Origin: Octopus sinensis
Lineage: Eukaryota
Assembly: GCF_006345805.1 (NCBI RefSeq)
Contig: NC_043011.1
Coordinates: forward strand, 5,828,001 to 5,892,000
Length of the DNA: 64,000 bases
Reading direction: 5' to 3'
In this document: positions 1 to 10,039 of the stretch, piece by piece
Layout of the letters: each line of letters opens with the position of its first letter
How positions within the stretch are numbered: the first letter of the stretch is position 1
Position numbers and translations under genes: made by a program
The notes under the pieces: generated by a model
What the model saw: only the letters and a program-made list of their open reading frames with translations
What the model was told of the DNA's origin: nothing
Databases searched by the model: none

Positions 1-644
1 AAGCATGGAGCAATCTAATAAGAGATTTGTGAAAGGTTAGAGAGAAATTAGGTAAACATGATCAGCTGTACATGTAACGAAATGGAAGGTGGAGCCAAAA
101 CACACTGGGGTGGGTGGAGAATATTTGGTTAATGAAGACAGCAAGAAAAGATGTAGGAAGGAGAGACGACTGTGATAATATAGATATATGATAGCACCAC
201 CACTACACTGATTGCTCTGCCATATTCAGTTACAATCTTCAAGAGTTCAAATCCCACAGGAGTCGTGTTTCCCCTTCAATAAAGCAGGCAGCAGCCTAAG
301 ACCAAGATTCATTGTCAAATCATTTACACTGTTTCCCAAAATATTTGGCCATGTGTCAGTGAAACAGATCGTTACTGGGTCGGCAAAGTGCCAGGAACGG
401 TAGAGAGCTAGAAACAGCAGAGAAGCAGAACCAGTAGAGCAATAGACAAGATCCCTTACAGTAGATATTTAGTTCCATCATCTTTCTCTTCAAATCTTGC
501 CCGGCTTCATCCTTCCTCTCAAGGTCAGTCAAAGTCCCAGTAATATACCAGGGATCAATCCAAACTACTTGACCCATGTTGTGACCACATAATGATGTAA
601 ATTATCATTATCATCACATCATCATCATTATTTGTTGTTATTAT

Positions 645-860
645 TATTAAGGCAATGAACTGGCAGAATCTTTAGCACAGGCAAATGGCTTCGTGGTATT
701 TTTTCTATTCTTGCATTGTGAGTTCAAATTCATCTGAGGTCGATTTTGTCTTTCATCCTTTCAGGGTTGATAAAATAAGTACCAGTTATGTACCAGGGTC
801 AATATAATTGACTAGCCCCCACTCCAAAATTTCAGTCCTTGTGCCTATAGTAGAAAAAAC

Positions 861-865
<5 letters not shown>
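645..865 (+). mobile_element. SINE family B, older subfamily with (ATT)n tail
   Basis: Head aaggcaatgaactggcagaatc, B-box gagttcaaatt, central ttgtctttcatcctttcagggttgataaaataagtaccagt, tail ending in (ATT)n. Confidence 0.8.
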
Positions 866-900
<35 letters not shown>

Positions 901-903
901 ATT

Positions 904-1461
904 ATTGAGTAAGAGAGCAGTGCATGCCATCAAAGTGACACTGGGGTAAAACATACGAAGCCCAGTATACCCATCATGACTACCCGTCTGATAAGGGTAC
1001 ACCAGGAACATGCATCACAACCATATGTGTGCAACATAGTAATCTCATATCAAGATAAACAGTACATGACCTTGCAGGTGGGGCCCAGTTAGAATTTTCT
1101 TCAGGTCAAGTAGCCCATCCTGCTCAAAAGGTCCCTGAATAAGGGTTGTTTAAGGATATTGAATGAAACACCCATGTTTCCAGAGGTGAATTATTCAAAC
1201 CACAAAGAATTCTTCTCGACACATGGTTATGATACCTACCACTACTGCTACTCTTGATCAGAAATGCACATATCGTCAGCCACGAAGGGACATGCTCAAC
1301 TGGTTACGGTCAAACAACTGACAAGCAAATCTGTGGTATCAAGCAGAATATTTGCTGTGGCCCATCTTTTATACTAAGACAAAAATTGTACATGATAACA
1401 CTTCCAGTCAGTTAAGATCAGAAGCCATGAGAGCTACTGTCTGGTACTGCATAAGGACATT
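904..1461 (-). mobile_element. ~560-bp non-coding retroposon-like element in an (AAT)n tract (copy 1; probably R4/Dong-type 3' region)
   Basis: Aligns end to end, inverted, with 62477-63035; same 5' and 3' boundaries; (ATT)n on both flanks. Confidence 0.7.
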
Positions 1462-1494
1462 TATGATTATTATTATTATTATTGAGTGAGTGAG

Positions 1495-1832
1495 TGACCC
1501 CCTCCGGTTATGAATGACCATGGGATTGCACCTAGAGAGTTACCCTTAGAAGCACAAGTCCAGGCAAGGTTGTTTATGGAAGACCAGTAGTCGCCCATGC
1601 ATATCAGCCCCCACCCCTCTCCATGCCACTGATGTTATCCAAGGGAAAGGCAAAGGGGCCGATACAGCTTGGCATCAGTGACATCGCAACTCATTTCTGC
1701 AGCTGAGTGAACTGGAGCAACGTGAAATAAAGTGTCTTGCTCAAGAACACAACACTCAGCCCGGTCCAGGAATTGAACTCACTACCTTGTGGTTGTGAGC
1801 CCGACGCTCAAACCACTGAGCCATGTGCCTTC
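1495..1832 (-). mobile_element. tRNA-derived SINE family C
   Basis: On - strand: A-box tggctcagtggt (1812-1823), B-box gagttcaattcc (1769-1780), then ttgagcaagacactt, (ACTC)n-like tail. Confidence 0.75.
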
Positions 1833-1862
1833 AAGTTGTTGTTGTTGTTGTTGTTGTTATTA

Positions 1863-2510
1863 TTAAAGGTGGCAAGCTGGCAGAATCGTTAAAATACCAG
1901 GTAAAATGCTTTGTAGCATTTTATTCATCTTCACGTCCTAAGTTCAAATTCCACCAAGGTGGACTTTGCCTTTCATCTATTCAGGATTGCCAAAATAAGT
2001 ACCAATCAGAACCAAAATCGAAGTCAATCAACATCAATGGAAATTGCAGCTGTGATACCAGTGCTGGTGGCACGTAAGCGAACCATCCGATCATGGCCGT
2101 TGCCAGCGCCACCCCAACTGGCCTCCGTGCCGGTGGCACGTAAAAAGCACCATCTGATCGTGGCCGTTGCCAGCCTCGCCGGGCACATAAAAAGCACCAT
2201 CCGACTGTCGCCGTTTGCCAGCCTGTGCCGGTGGCATGTAAAAACCACCCACTACACTCACGGAGTGGTTGGCGTTAGGAAGGGCAGCCAGCCGTAGAAA
2301 CATTGCCAGATCAGACTGGGCCTGGTGCAGCCTCCTGGCTTCCCAGACTCCAGTTGAACCGTCCAACCCATGCCAGCATGGAAAGCGGATGCTAAAGGAT
2401 GATGATGATGGTGATGATGACGATGTGCACTGGGGGTTGATATAATCAATTTTCCCCTCCCCTCAAATTGTTGCCCCCTGAAATTGTTTCAAAATTTGAA
2501 ACCATTATTA
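1863..2510 (+). mobile_element. SINE B interrupted by an RTE 3'-UTR insertion (about 2006-2425)
   Basis: SINE B breaks after aagtacca and resumes at gcactggggg (about 2426); the insert ends in the RTE tail ggcgttaggaagggc...ccatgccagcatgg(GAT)n. Confidence 0.75.
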
Positions 2511-2739
2511 TTATTATTGCTGTTCCACAAATCCTTCAGAACATTACACTTAATTTAAACCCGCACGGAAGTGATCATTCACCCCAAACAAACACCATCA
2601 CCCCCCCCCCCCCCGCCATCTCGAGTATTCCTCCTTTGCCCAATGTTTCACTTGTGCTTCTTCAGTGTTGCTCAGCTTAAAAAGTTTCAGTTACATTCCA
2701 ACTCTTTTCATTGGCTCACACCGACAACTACACACCCCT

Positions 2740-2839
2740 TTATACACACACACACAACATAAACAACCTTTATAGGCACACACACATACACCCATTATAC
2801 ACACACCAACATGCATATATATTATATATATATATATAT

Positions 2840-2873
<34 letters not shown>

Positions 2874-3260
2874 ATATATATACACCACTACATAAACATT
2901 CTTTATATGCACATACACATACACCGATTATACACACACAAACATGCATGCATATATATATATATATATTATATATATATATATATACACACACACTACA
3001 TAAACATTCTTTATATGCACATACATACACCCATTATACACACACCATGCATATATATATATACACACACACACACATACACATATACAGCCTTAATACA
3101 AACACCCTTTATAGGCACATACACATACACCCATCATACACACACCAACATGCACATATATATATACACACACACACATATACAGCCTTAATACACACAC
3201 GCTACATAAACACCTATTATAGGCGCATACACCCATTACACACACACACACACACACACA
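2740..3260. repeat. Compound (TA)n/(CA)n microsatellite with internal duplications
   Basis: Repeated tacataaacattctttatatgcacatacac blocks among TA/CA runs. Confidence 0.9.
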
Positions 3261-3329
3261 GTTAGTGAAACTGTTTCTATTTTTCAACAGAAACATTATT
3301 TAATGGAGTAAAGTTACAACCACCTCCTA

Positions 3330-3341
3330 CCTTCAACATTT

Positions 3342-3387
<46 letters not shown>

Positions 3388-3482
3388 CCTCTGCCTACCA
3401 CTCATCTTTTATTTACTCCTCCTCCTCTCTCAGCATCTTTAACATACTAGACTACAACACCTTACGGAAATACAAGAGGAAG

Positions 3483-3544
<62 letters not shown>

Positions 3545-3545
3545 A
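3330..3545. repeat. (CT)n at about 3345-3383 and (AC)n at about 3484-3540
   Basis: Pure dinucleotide runs. Confidence 0.95.
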
Positions 3546-3992
3546 TATATGTGTGTGTCTGTACATTACACACATGCGTACACATGCACTCTCAAATACT
3601 CATACACAAACACACACACATATTCAAATGCACACACACGATTGCATGCATGCACACGCTAACATGCACGCTTGCACATATTTGCATGCACACAGTCATA
3701 CAACAGACAGGTACAAATAGAAATGTGCATGCACGTGCATGCGTGGCTACGCACCCACACAGGTGTACACACACACATTCATGCACACATACTGAGATGC
3801 ACATGCATGCACACACACAGGCATGCATACACATGCATGTGTACATGTGCACCTACATACATGCAAGATCACAAAGAAAAACATTCAAGTTCCAAATAAA
3901 CAAACACAGCTGCACATTTTTATATGCAAAGTAGAAGGTAGCAAGATCAAGGCCTGGCCAGGAAGTGAGTATTATTATTATTATTATTATTA

Positions 3993-4415
3993 TCATTCAG
4001 TGGTTTTATTTTTATAGCGTGCTTTCACTTCACTACCGAGCGCAGCTCTGTGTGCCTTGGGTATGTGCTGTGATTTGTTGTGATGCTCTGATGGTTATTG
4101 TATTGAAAGTGTTCTGCGTAGGATGTGTGCAGTGCCTAGTAGTGCAATTTTCTGTATGTTATATGTGTTTGTAAGTCCTGGTGTTTTTGTTATGCATTTG
4201 TCTGAATGTTTTTTTTATCATTCCTAATGCATCTGCTATGATAGGAATTGTTTCTGTTTTCAGATTCCACATTCTAGTTACCTCTATTTCCAGGTCTTTG
4301 TATTTTGAAAGTTTCTCCATTTCTTTTAGAGACACGTTGTCATCTGCTGGTATTGATACATCAATTAGAAAACATTTTTTTTCTTCATGATCTCTGACAA
4401 CTATATCTGGTCTGA
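3993..4415 (-). mobile_element. R4/Dong-type non-LTR retrotransposon 3' fragment (restriction-like endonuclease C-terminus plus 3' UTR)
   Basis: - strand translates RPDIVVRDHEEKKCFLIDVSIPADDNVSLKEMEKLSKYKDLEIEVTRMWNLKTETIPIIADALGMIKK, then a 1-bp frameshift and ...LQ/IQKIALLGTAHILRRTLSIQ*; PD..D..K RLE motif; (ATT)n on both flanks. Confidence 0.85.
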
Positions 4416-4420
4416 TTATT

Positions 4421-4451
<31 letters not shown>

Positions 4452-4487
4452 TTATTAATACTATAATTTAATATATTCTATATTTCT

Positions 4488-4710
4488 AAGGTGGCAAGCT
4501 GGCAGAAATGTTAGCACACTGAGCAAAATGCTGTGCATCATTTTGTCTGTCTTTACGTTTTGAGTTCAAATCCCACAAAGATTGACTTTGACTTTTCTCC
4601 TTTCAGGGTCGGTAAAATGAGTACCAGTTGAGTACTGGGGTCAATGTAATTGACTCACTCTCATCTCCAAACTTGCCGGCCTTATGCCAAAATTTGAAAC
4701 CATTATTATT
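4488..4710 (+). mobile_element. SINE B, older subfamily
   Basis: aaggtggcaagctggcagaa head, gagttcaaatcc B-box, tail ccttatgccaaaatttgaaacc(ATT)n. Confidence 0.8.
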
Positions 4711-5049
4711 AAGGTGGTAAGCCAGCAGAATCGTTAGCAAGCCGGGCAGAAAGTGTGTCATGGAGATATTTCAGTGATATTTTACTGATTAACTAAGTCC
4801 AACAGTGTTTGTCATGAGCCAATGACAAACTTAGTAAGTGGACACTTGGATATGGTAGCCAAATGTCCCTCAAACCACACCATGACATCATGAAAATGAA
4901 AGAGAATATATTGGATAATGTACTCCGAGGTAGCCCTAAAAAGATGGAATGGTCATGGTTGGGAGTGCTTTCATCAAAAGTCTGTTGACTTTTTATTAGG
5001 GTTGATCTGGGGCTAAACCATGGCTACCTCTCCTTAACATCTATTTCAC

Positions 5050-5430
5050 TAAATGAAACCAATCCATGCAAAACTATCTCTGGTTCCTTGATGCAAATAC
5101 CCTGTTTTCAAGAAATTTAAACAAAAATATTCCACCAAAATTTCATGTTATGTTCCAACTTAATACTGATATTTTACTAAATTCTTCATTATTATCAAAA
5201 TTAATTGAAATAAAGAAAATGTATTTCATCAGAAAAAAGGGTCACAGTAATTAAAATTAAAAACAGGTTAGAGTAATCAAAATGAAAAGCTTACATCAAA
5301 ATTTTGTGTAAATTTATGCTTCAAACACTGTCTTAGTAATAACAGTAATTTAATTAAAATCATTGTTTTCAAAAATTAATTGTAACAAAGGCTGTGTATC
5401 TGAAGAGAAATATGGTAACAAAAGGGTTAA
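5050..5430 (-). mobile_element. Degenerate piggyBac-type MITE
   Basis: Right end ggtaacaaaagggTTAA (5414-5430); internal segments are reverse complements of 34417-34644. Confidence 0.5.
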
Positions 5431-5545
5431 AGTGATCCTTCCCTTCTGACTGTAAGATGAAAAATGGTGGAAGGTAAGGTAATAATATTCTAATCTACAA
5501 GGCAACATATACGTCAAGACTTGTTACTTAAATAATGATTTCTAG

Positions 5546-5655
5546 TTCAAAACCAGCTGAAGATGATGTACCTATATGCCTAGAAACAAAAAACCTAATG
5601 ATGACGATGATGACTGGCAATCCAACTCACTGAGATGCATTCGAGATGGAAATAG
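5546..5655 (+). other. Candidate spliced exon of an unidentified host gene (possible start: MPRNKKPNDDDDDWQSNSLRCIRDGN)
   Basis: Acceptor gatttctag| at 5545, donor AG|GTTAGT at 5656, ATG at 5576 after in-frame stops; no family recognised. Confidence 0.3.
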
Positions 5656-5742
5656 GTTAGTTGTCTAAAAAAATGATGATATTAACTGTTTTCCTGTTTT
5701 AAGAATGATGTCAACAACATCAACATCAAAAAGATGCGGCTT

Positions 5743-5835
5743 TCAAGTGTCTTCTGCCATAGCCTCAGGCCAACCAAAGCCTTGAGAGTGGATTTGGTAG
5801 ACAGAAAATGTAAGAAGCCCATTGTATATATATAT
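5743..5835 (+). mobile_element. SINE family A, 5' half (3' half at 6790-7002)
   Basis: caagtgtcttctgccatagcc...ggatttggtagac...gaagcccattg(TA)n. Confidence 0.7.
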
Positions 5836-5842
5836 AAATATA

Positions 5843-6228
5843 CTGGCTTAAGGTGACCCGCTCTACGTGCAGGTAAGGGTGTGGTTGTTACTTTCTGTTG
5901 CTTCCTTTCTGTTTCTTATCACCACATTCACCCTCTTTGTTTCTCTCTCCTTTCTCTCTCACTTTCCCACTCTCTTACTCTTCATTTCTCTCGAACTTTC
6001 CCTCGCTTTCTCTTACTCTCTATCTTTCTCTATCTATCTCTCTCCCATTTATAAACAACAAAAGATCTTGAGTAAGTTGAGAAAGAAAATATTTTTACGC
6101 TTTTTAAATCCTTCGTCGTTTTTCTCATTCACTCATTATTACTTTCTCCCTTCCTTTCACTCTATAACGTCATTTGGCAGCGTCTACTATCTTTCCTCCG
6201 CCGCCTTCGCCAGCGCTGTCACTCTCTC

Positions 6229-6265
<37 letters not shown>

Positions 6266-6739
6266 GTCTGTCTGCATTCATAGACAGTATTATCATCACC
6301 ACCACCACCACCACAATCATGAGAATCTTTCTCTCTATATATAGATAGAGAGAGAGAGGGGGAGAGAGAAAGTAATACTGAGTAAATGAGAATAACGACG
6401 AAGGGTTTAAAAAGCGTAAAAATATTGAAGGCAGTGGAGGAAAGATATTAGATGCTATCAAACGACGTTATAGAGAGAATGTGAAAGGAAGGGAGGAAAG
6501 AGAGAGATGGAGGAAGACAGGCAGATAATAGAATGAGAGGAGACTTGTCAAAATGTGCCTTTTTTGCCCTAGTAACCACACCTTTTAAGATAAGGATTTC
6601 TAACCTAGCCCACTCTCATCCTCACCTCATTTTACATGTCCCTGTAAATTTTGGAGTCAATCCAACGGGATCTAGTGGCCTTTAACACGTTCCAATGCCA
6701 AAATGAGACAAACTTTTCGCATTTCAGATTTATAGATAT

Positions 6740-6742
<3 letters not shown>
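5843..6742 (-). mobile_element. Non-autonomous Helitron-like element inserted in the internal (TA)n of a SINE A
   Basis: Left end ctgg (CTAG variant) with subterminal hairpin acccgc-tctacgt-gcaggt; right end reads TC(AATATC)TATAAATCTG on - strand; separates the two halves of a SINE A. Confidence 0.55.
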
Positions 6743-6780
<38 letters not shown>

Positions 6781-6789
6781 GATATATTT

Positions 6790-7002
6790 ATGTGTGTGTG
6801 TGTTTGTGTTTGTCCCACCCCACCATCGCTTGACAACTGATGTTGGTGTGTTTACATCCCTGTAACTTAGCAGTTCGGCAGAAAAAAATGATAGAATAAG
6901 CACCAGGCTTACGAAGAATAAATCCAGGATTCGATTTCTTCGACTAAAAGTTGGTGCTCCAGCATGGCCACAGTCAAATGACTTGAAACAACAAAAGAGA
7001 GT
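6790..7002 (+). mobile_element. SINE A, 3' half
   Basis: gtttgtccc...gcttgacaac...gatagaataagcac...ggtgctccagcatggccacagtcaaatgac. Confidence 0.8.
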
Positions 7003-7099
7003 GAAAGAATGTATGTACATACAGCTAGGGTTTGTAGCCCTGCAAATTGCATGGCAACCTCAATAGTGTAGATAGCATAGAAAATAGGGAGTCAGCCCA

Positions 7100-7250
7100 T
7101 ACTAAAAAGGGACTGGCATGCGGAAGGGCATCCAACCAAAGAAATCCTGCCAGAGCAGACATTTTGAGCTTGATACAGTCGTTGGATGTATTGGTGCCTG
7201 TCAAAGCACCCAACCCATGCCAGCATGGATGTTAAACGATGATGATGATG
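7100..7250 (+). mobile_element. RTE 3'-tail fragment
   Basis: ggaagggcatccaacc...caacccatgccagcatggatgttaaacgatgatgatg. Confidence 0.7.
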
Positions 7251-7479
7251 ATATATATATATATATATAGTTAATCCAAACAAGAAAGCACAAAAAAACA
7301 CAATGCGAGGATGTGGAACAAATATAGTATTATTGGACACTCAGGAAAGAAGGAAAGAAGGAGGGTTTAACGTTTTGAGCGGAGCTCTTCGTCAGAAACA
7401 TAGGAGAAGGAAAGATCCAGAGAAGGGAAGACAGAGGAAAAAAAATCGCCAACGGTACACACGAGGTCACATTTTTGTC

Positions 7480-7512
<33 letters not shown>

Positions 7513-8618
7513 CATATATATATATGAGACAGAGATAATGAATATAGACACATAGATAATATACAAATGGGCATATTTTTCTCATGCTTACATACACACA
7601 CATACATATGATTAAATACACACACACACACACACAAACATCCTGATATTTTCTAAACCGACCAGGTACACATTCAGAATTTTCTTGAAAATTTTTTCCA
7701 TTTCATTTACCACACCTGAAAAATTTTTCCTGTTTACCACCACCGCCACCACCACCAACTCCACCGCCATACTACTACTATTACTACTACTACTACTACA
7801 ATAATAATAATAATAATGTGTGCACGTGTGTGTGTTGTGTGCATGCACACGTGTGGATATGTTACACATCAGATGGCTAACAGGAAAAGTTTTGAAAACC
7901 CAGCAACCGTTTAGTCAAGTTCTGTTGATGCTTAAAGCATAAAGAAGAAAATAAATTACCAGCTTTCTTTCTCTCTCTCTTTCTCTCTATTTATCTATCT
8001 CTCCTCCACTACCCCCCCCCCCCATACACACATGCATGAAAAAAATCAATAAAAACCAAGATGTATGAAGAAAGTGAGAAAGAGAGAAAGAGGAAAACAA
8101 GATTTGTAATTTCAAACCAATGAAAGGAACTCAACACATTTACTCAACCAGCTAGAAAGAGCAGCCAAAGCTGCTCCAGCATGGCCAGGGAACAAGATGG
8201 AAATCAGTAAAAAAGAAAAAGTCTCCTCTCTCTTTCTTTCTCTTAATCATTCTTCTGTTAATCACTTTCTTGACTGTAATATTTACAAGAGAATCAAGCA
8301 TCAATTAGACAGCTTGGTAGAAATCAGGGTGTCCAAATGTGTATTTATATTATTAGTCAGAACAGTTTGGTTTGGTTCCATGCAACTTAAAGTTTCACTG
8401 GCTTCTAAGAGAAACCTGACTCATTCAGGCTTGGATTACACCAAATGGAGAAATAAAGACACGTACTAGGAAATGAGCAGTTATTGGTCAAGGCTGACCA
8501 CATGGTGTTGTTAGAGGCGAGACTGGCATTTCAGCAACACTAGATGCATTAGAAAAGAGAATTTTCTAAGGCCATGTGGCTGGACAGGGTCCTGGTGGAC
8601 CCTTGGTGTCTGACGAAG

Positions 8619-8652
<34 letters not shown>

Positions 8653-8694
8653 AAGTGGGGAGGAGACGATGTATATATATATGTGTGTGTTTAT

Positions 8695-8926
8695 AGGGCG
8701 GCAAGCTGGCAGAAACGTTAGCATGCCGGGCGAAATGCGCAGCCGTATTTCGTCTGTTGTTACGTTCTGAGTTCAAATTCCGCCGAGGTTGACTTTGCCT
8801 TTCATCCTTTCGGGGTCGATAAATAAAGTACCAGCTACGCACTGGGGTCGATATAATCGACTTCATCCCTTTGTCTGTCCTTGTTTGTCCCCTCTATGTT
8901 TAGCCCCTTGTGGGTAGTAAAGAAAT
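8695..8926 (+). mobile_element. SINE B, young subfamily, full length
   Basis: agggcggcaagctggcagaaacgttagc, gagttcaaattcc, gcctttcatcctttcggggtcgataaa, tail tttagccccttgtgggtagtaaagaaat; near-identical to 42537 and 59951. Confidence 0.9.
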
Positions 8927-9493
8927 GTATATACATGTGTTTGTGGTGTGTATATGTATGTACACACACATACACACACACACACATGGTTCCCTATTCT
9001 AAATAGTGACACAAAACTTCGAGAAGGAAACATTGGTGTTAATTTCTCGATCTGTGCAGAATCGTAGTCGATCTTATATGGACTGATTATTATGCATAAT
9101 TAATAAATTGTGTTAATTTATATTACCAATGTATATCCGACACACACGTAAGCTGATTAAAAATATATAATTCTCCATTCTTTTGTGTTTTTTCTATAAC
9201 CTGTGACCTTATATGGAATTTATTCAGCAAACGAACTTAGGATTCACAAATAGGACAGGTAGTAGAATGCAAATTTACAGAGTATGTGGATAGCACTTTC
9301 ACCAGTCGATTTGGTTAGCCAAGGGTGCTTAAAAAGCATTTACCTGCATTTTTAATCCCTTTTTCTCTTTTGTGTGTTTGTGTGTGTGTATGTGTTATAT
9401 TTTACAGATAAGAAAGTAAATTTCAAATGCAGTATAGCTGTGAAAACAGCAGAGAAAGACTGGGTATTCACCCTTAGAAAATGGAAAAAAGTT

Positions 9494-9706
9494 GTGTTTG
9501 TGTGTCTGTGTTTGTTCCCCTAGCATTGCTTGACAACTGATGATGGTGTGTTTACGTCCCCGTCACTTAGCGGTTCGGCAAAAGAGACCGATAGAATAAG
9601 TACTGGGCTTACAAAGAATAAGTCCCGGGGTCGATTTGCTCGACTAAAGGCGGTGCTCCAGCATGGCCGCAGTCAAATGACTGAAACAAGTAAAAGAGTA
9701 AAGAGT
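9494..9706 (+). mobile_element. SINE A, 3' half (young)
   Basis: gtttgttcccctagcattgcttgacaac...cagtcaaatgactgaaacaagtaaaagagtaaagagt. Confidence 0.85.
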
Positions 9707-9747
9707 AGGCAGCTGAGTGCTCTAACCATTAAGTTGTCAGGGACCGT

Positions 9748-9812
9748 TTAGCTTAATGGTTAGAACACTCAGCTGGTATTTGTGGGGTACAGGGTTCGAC
9801 TCCCCATAGCCA
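9748..9812 (+). pseudogene. tRNA-derived head or tRNA pseudogene fragment
   Basis: A-box tagcttaatggttagaac and B-box ggttcgactcc (9793-9803); no complete cloverleaf. Confidence 0.5.
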
Positions 9813-9923
9813 CTTGTTGGCAACTTTTTTCTGTCTTCTAAGAGGGAATACTAATCTTTCTCTACTGTTTTCATAGCTTTACTGTCTGAAAATACCAACA
9901 CATTCAACACTTCCAAAGTATAT

Positions 9924-9969
<46 letters not shown>

Positions 9970-10004
9970 GCACACACACACACATATATATATACACACT
10001 GCTG

Positions 10005-10038
<34 letters not shown>

Positions 10039-10039
10039 G

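Noticed and set aside
356-577. 73-aa - strand ORF MGQVVWIDPWY...
   Set aside because: The DNA resembles a decayed SINE B (gattgatccc...ggta...aaggatgaa...gatttgaa); no recognisable domain.
5865-5880. Strong donor CAG|GTAAGG
   Set aside because: It is part of the Helitron subterminal hairpin, and no upstream acceptor or exon was found.
9748-9812. Functional tRNA gene (also the heads of SINE A-D)
   Set aside because: A and B boxes are present but there is no full cloverleaf with acceptor stem; these are SINE heads or pseudogenes.
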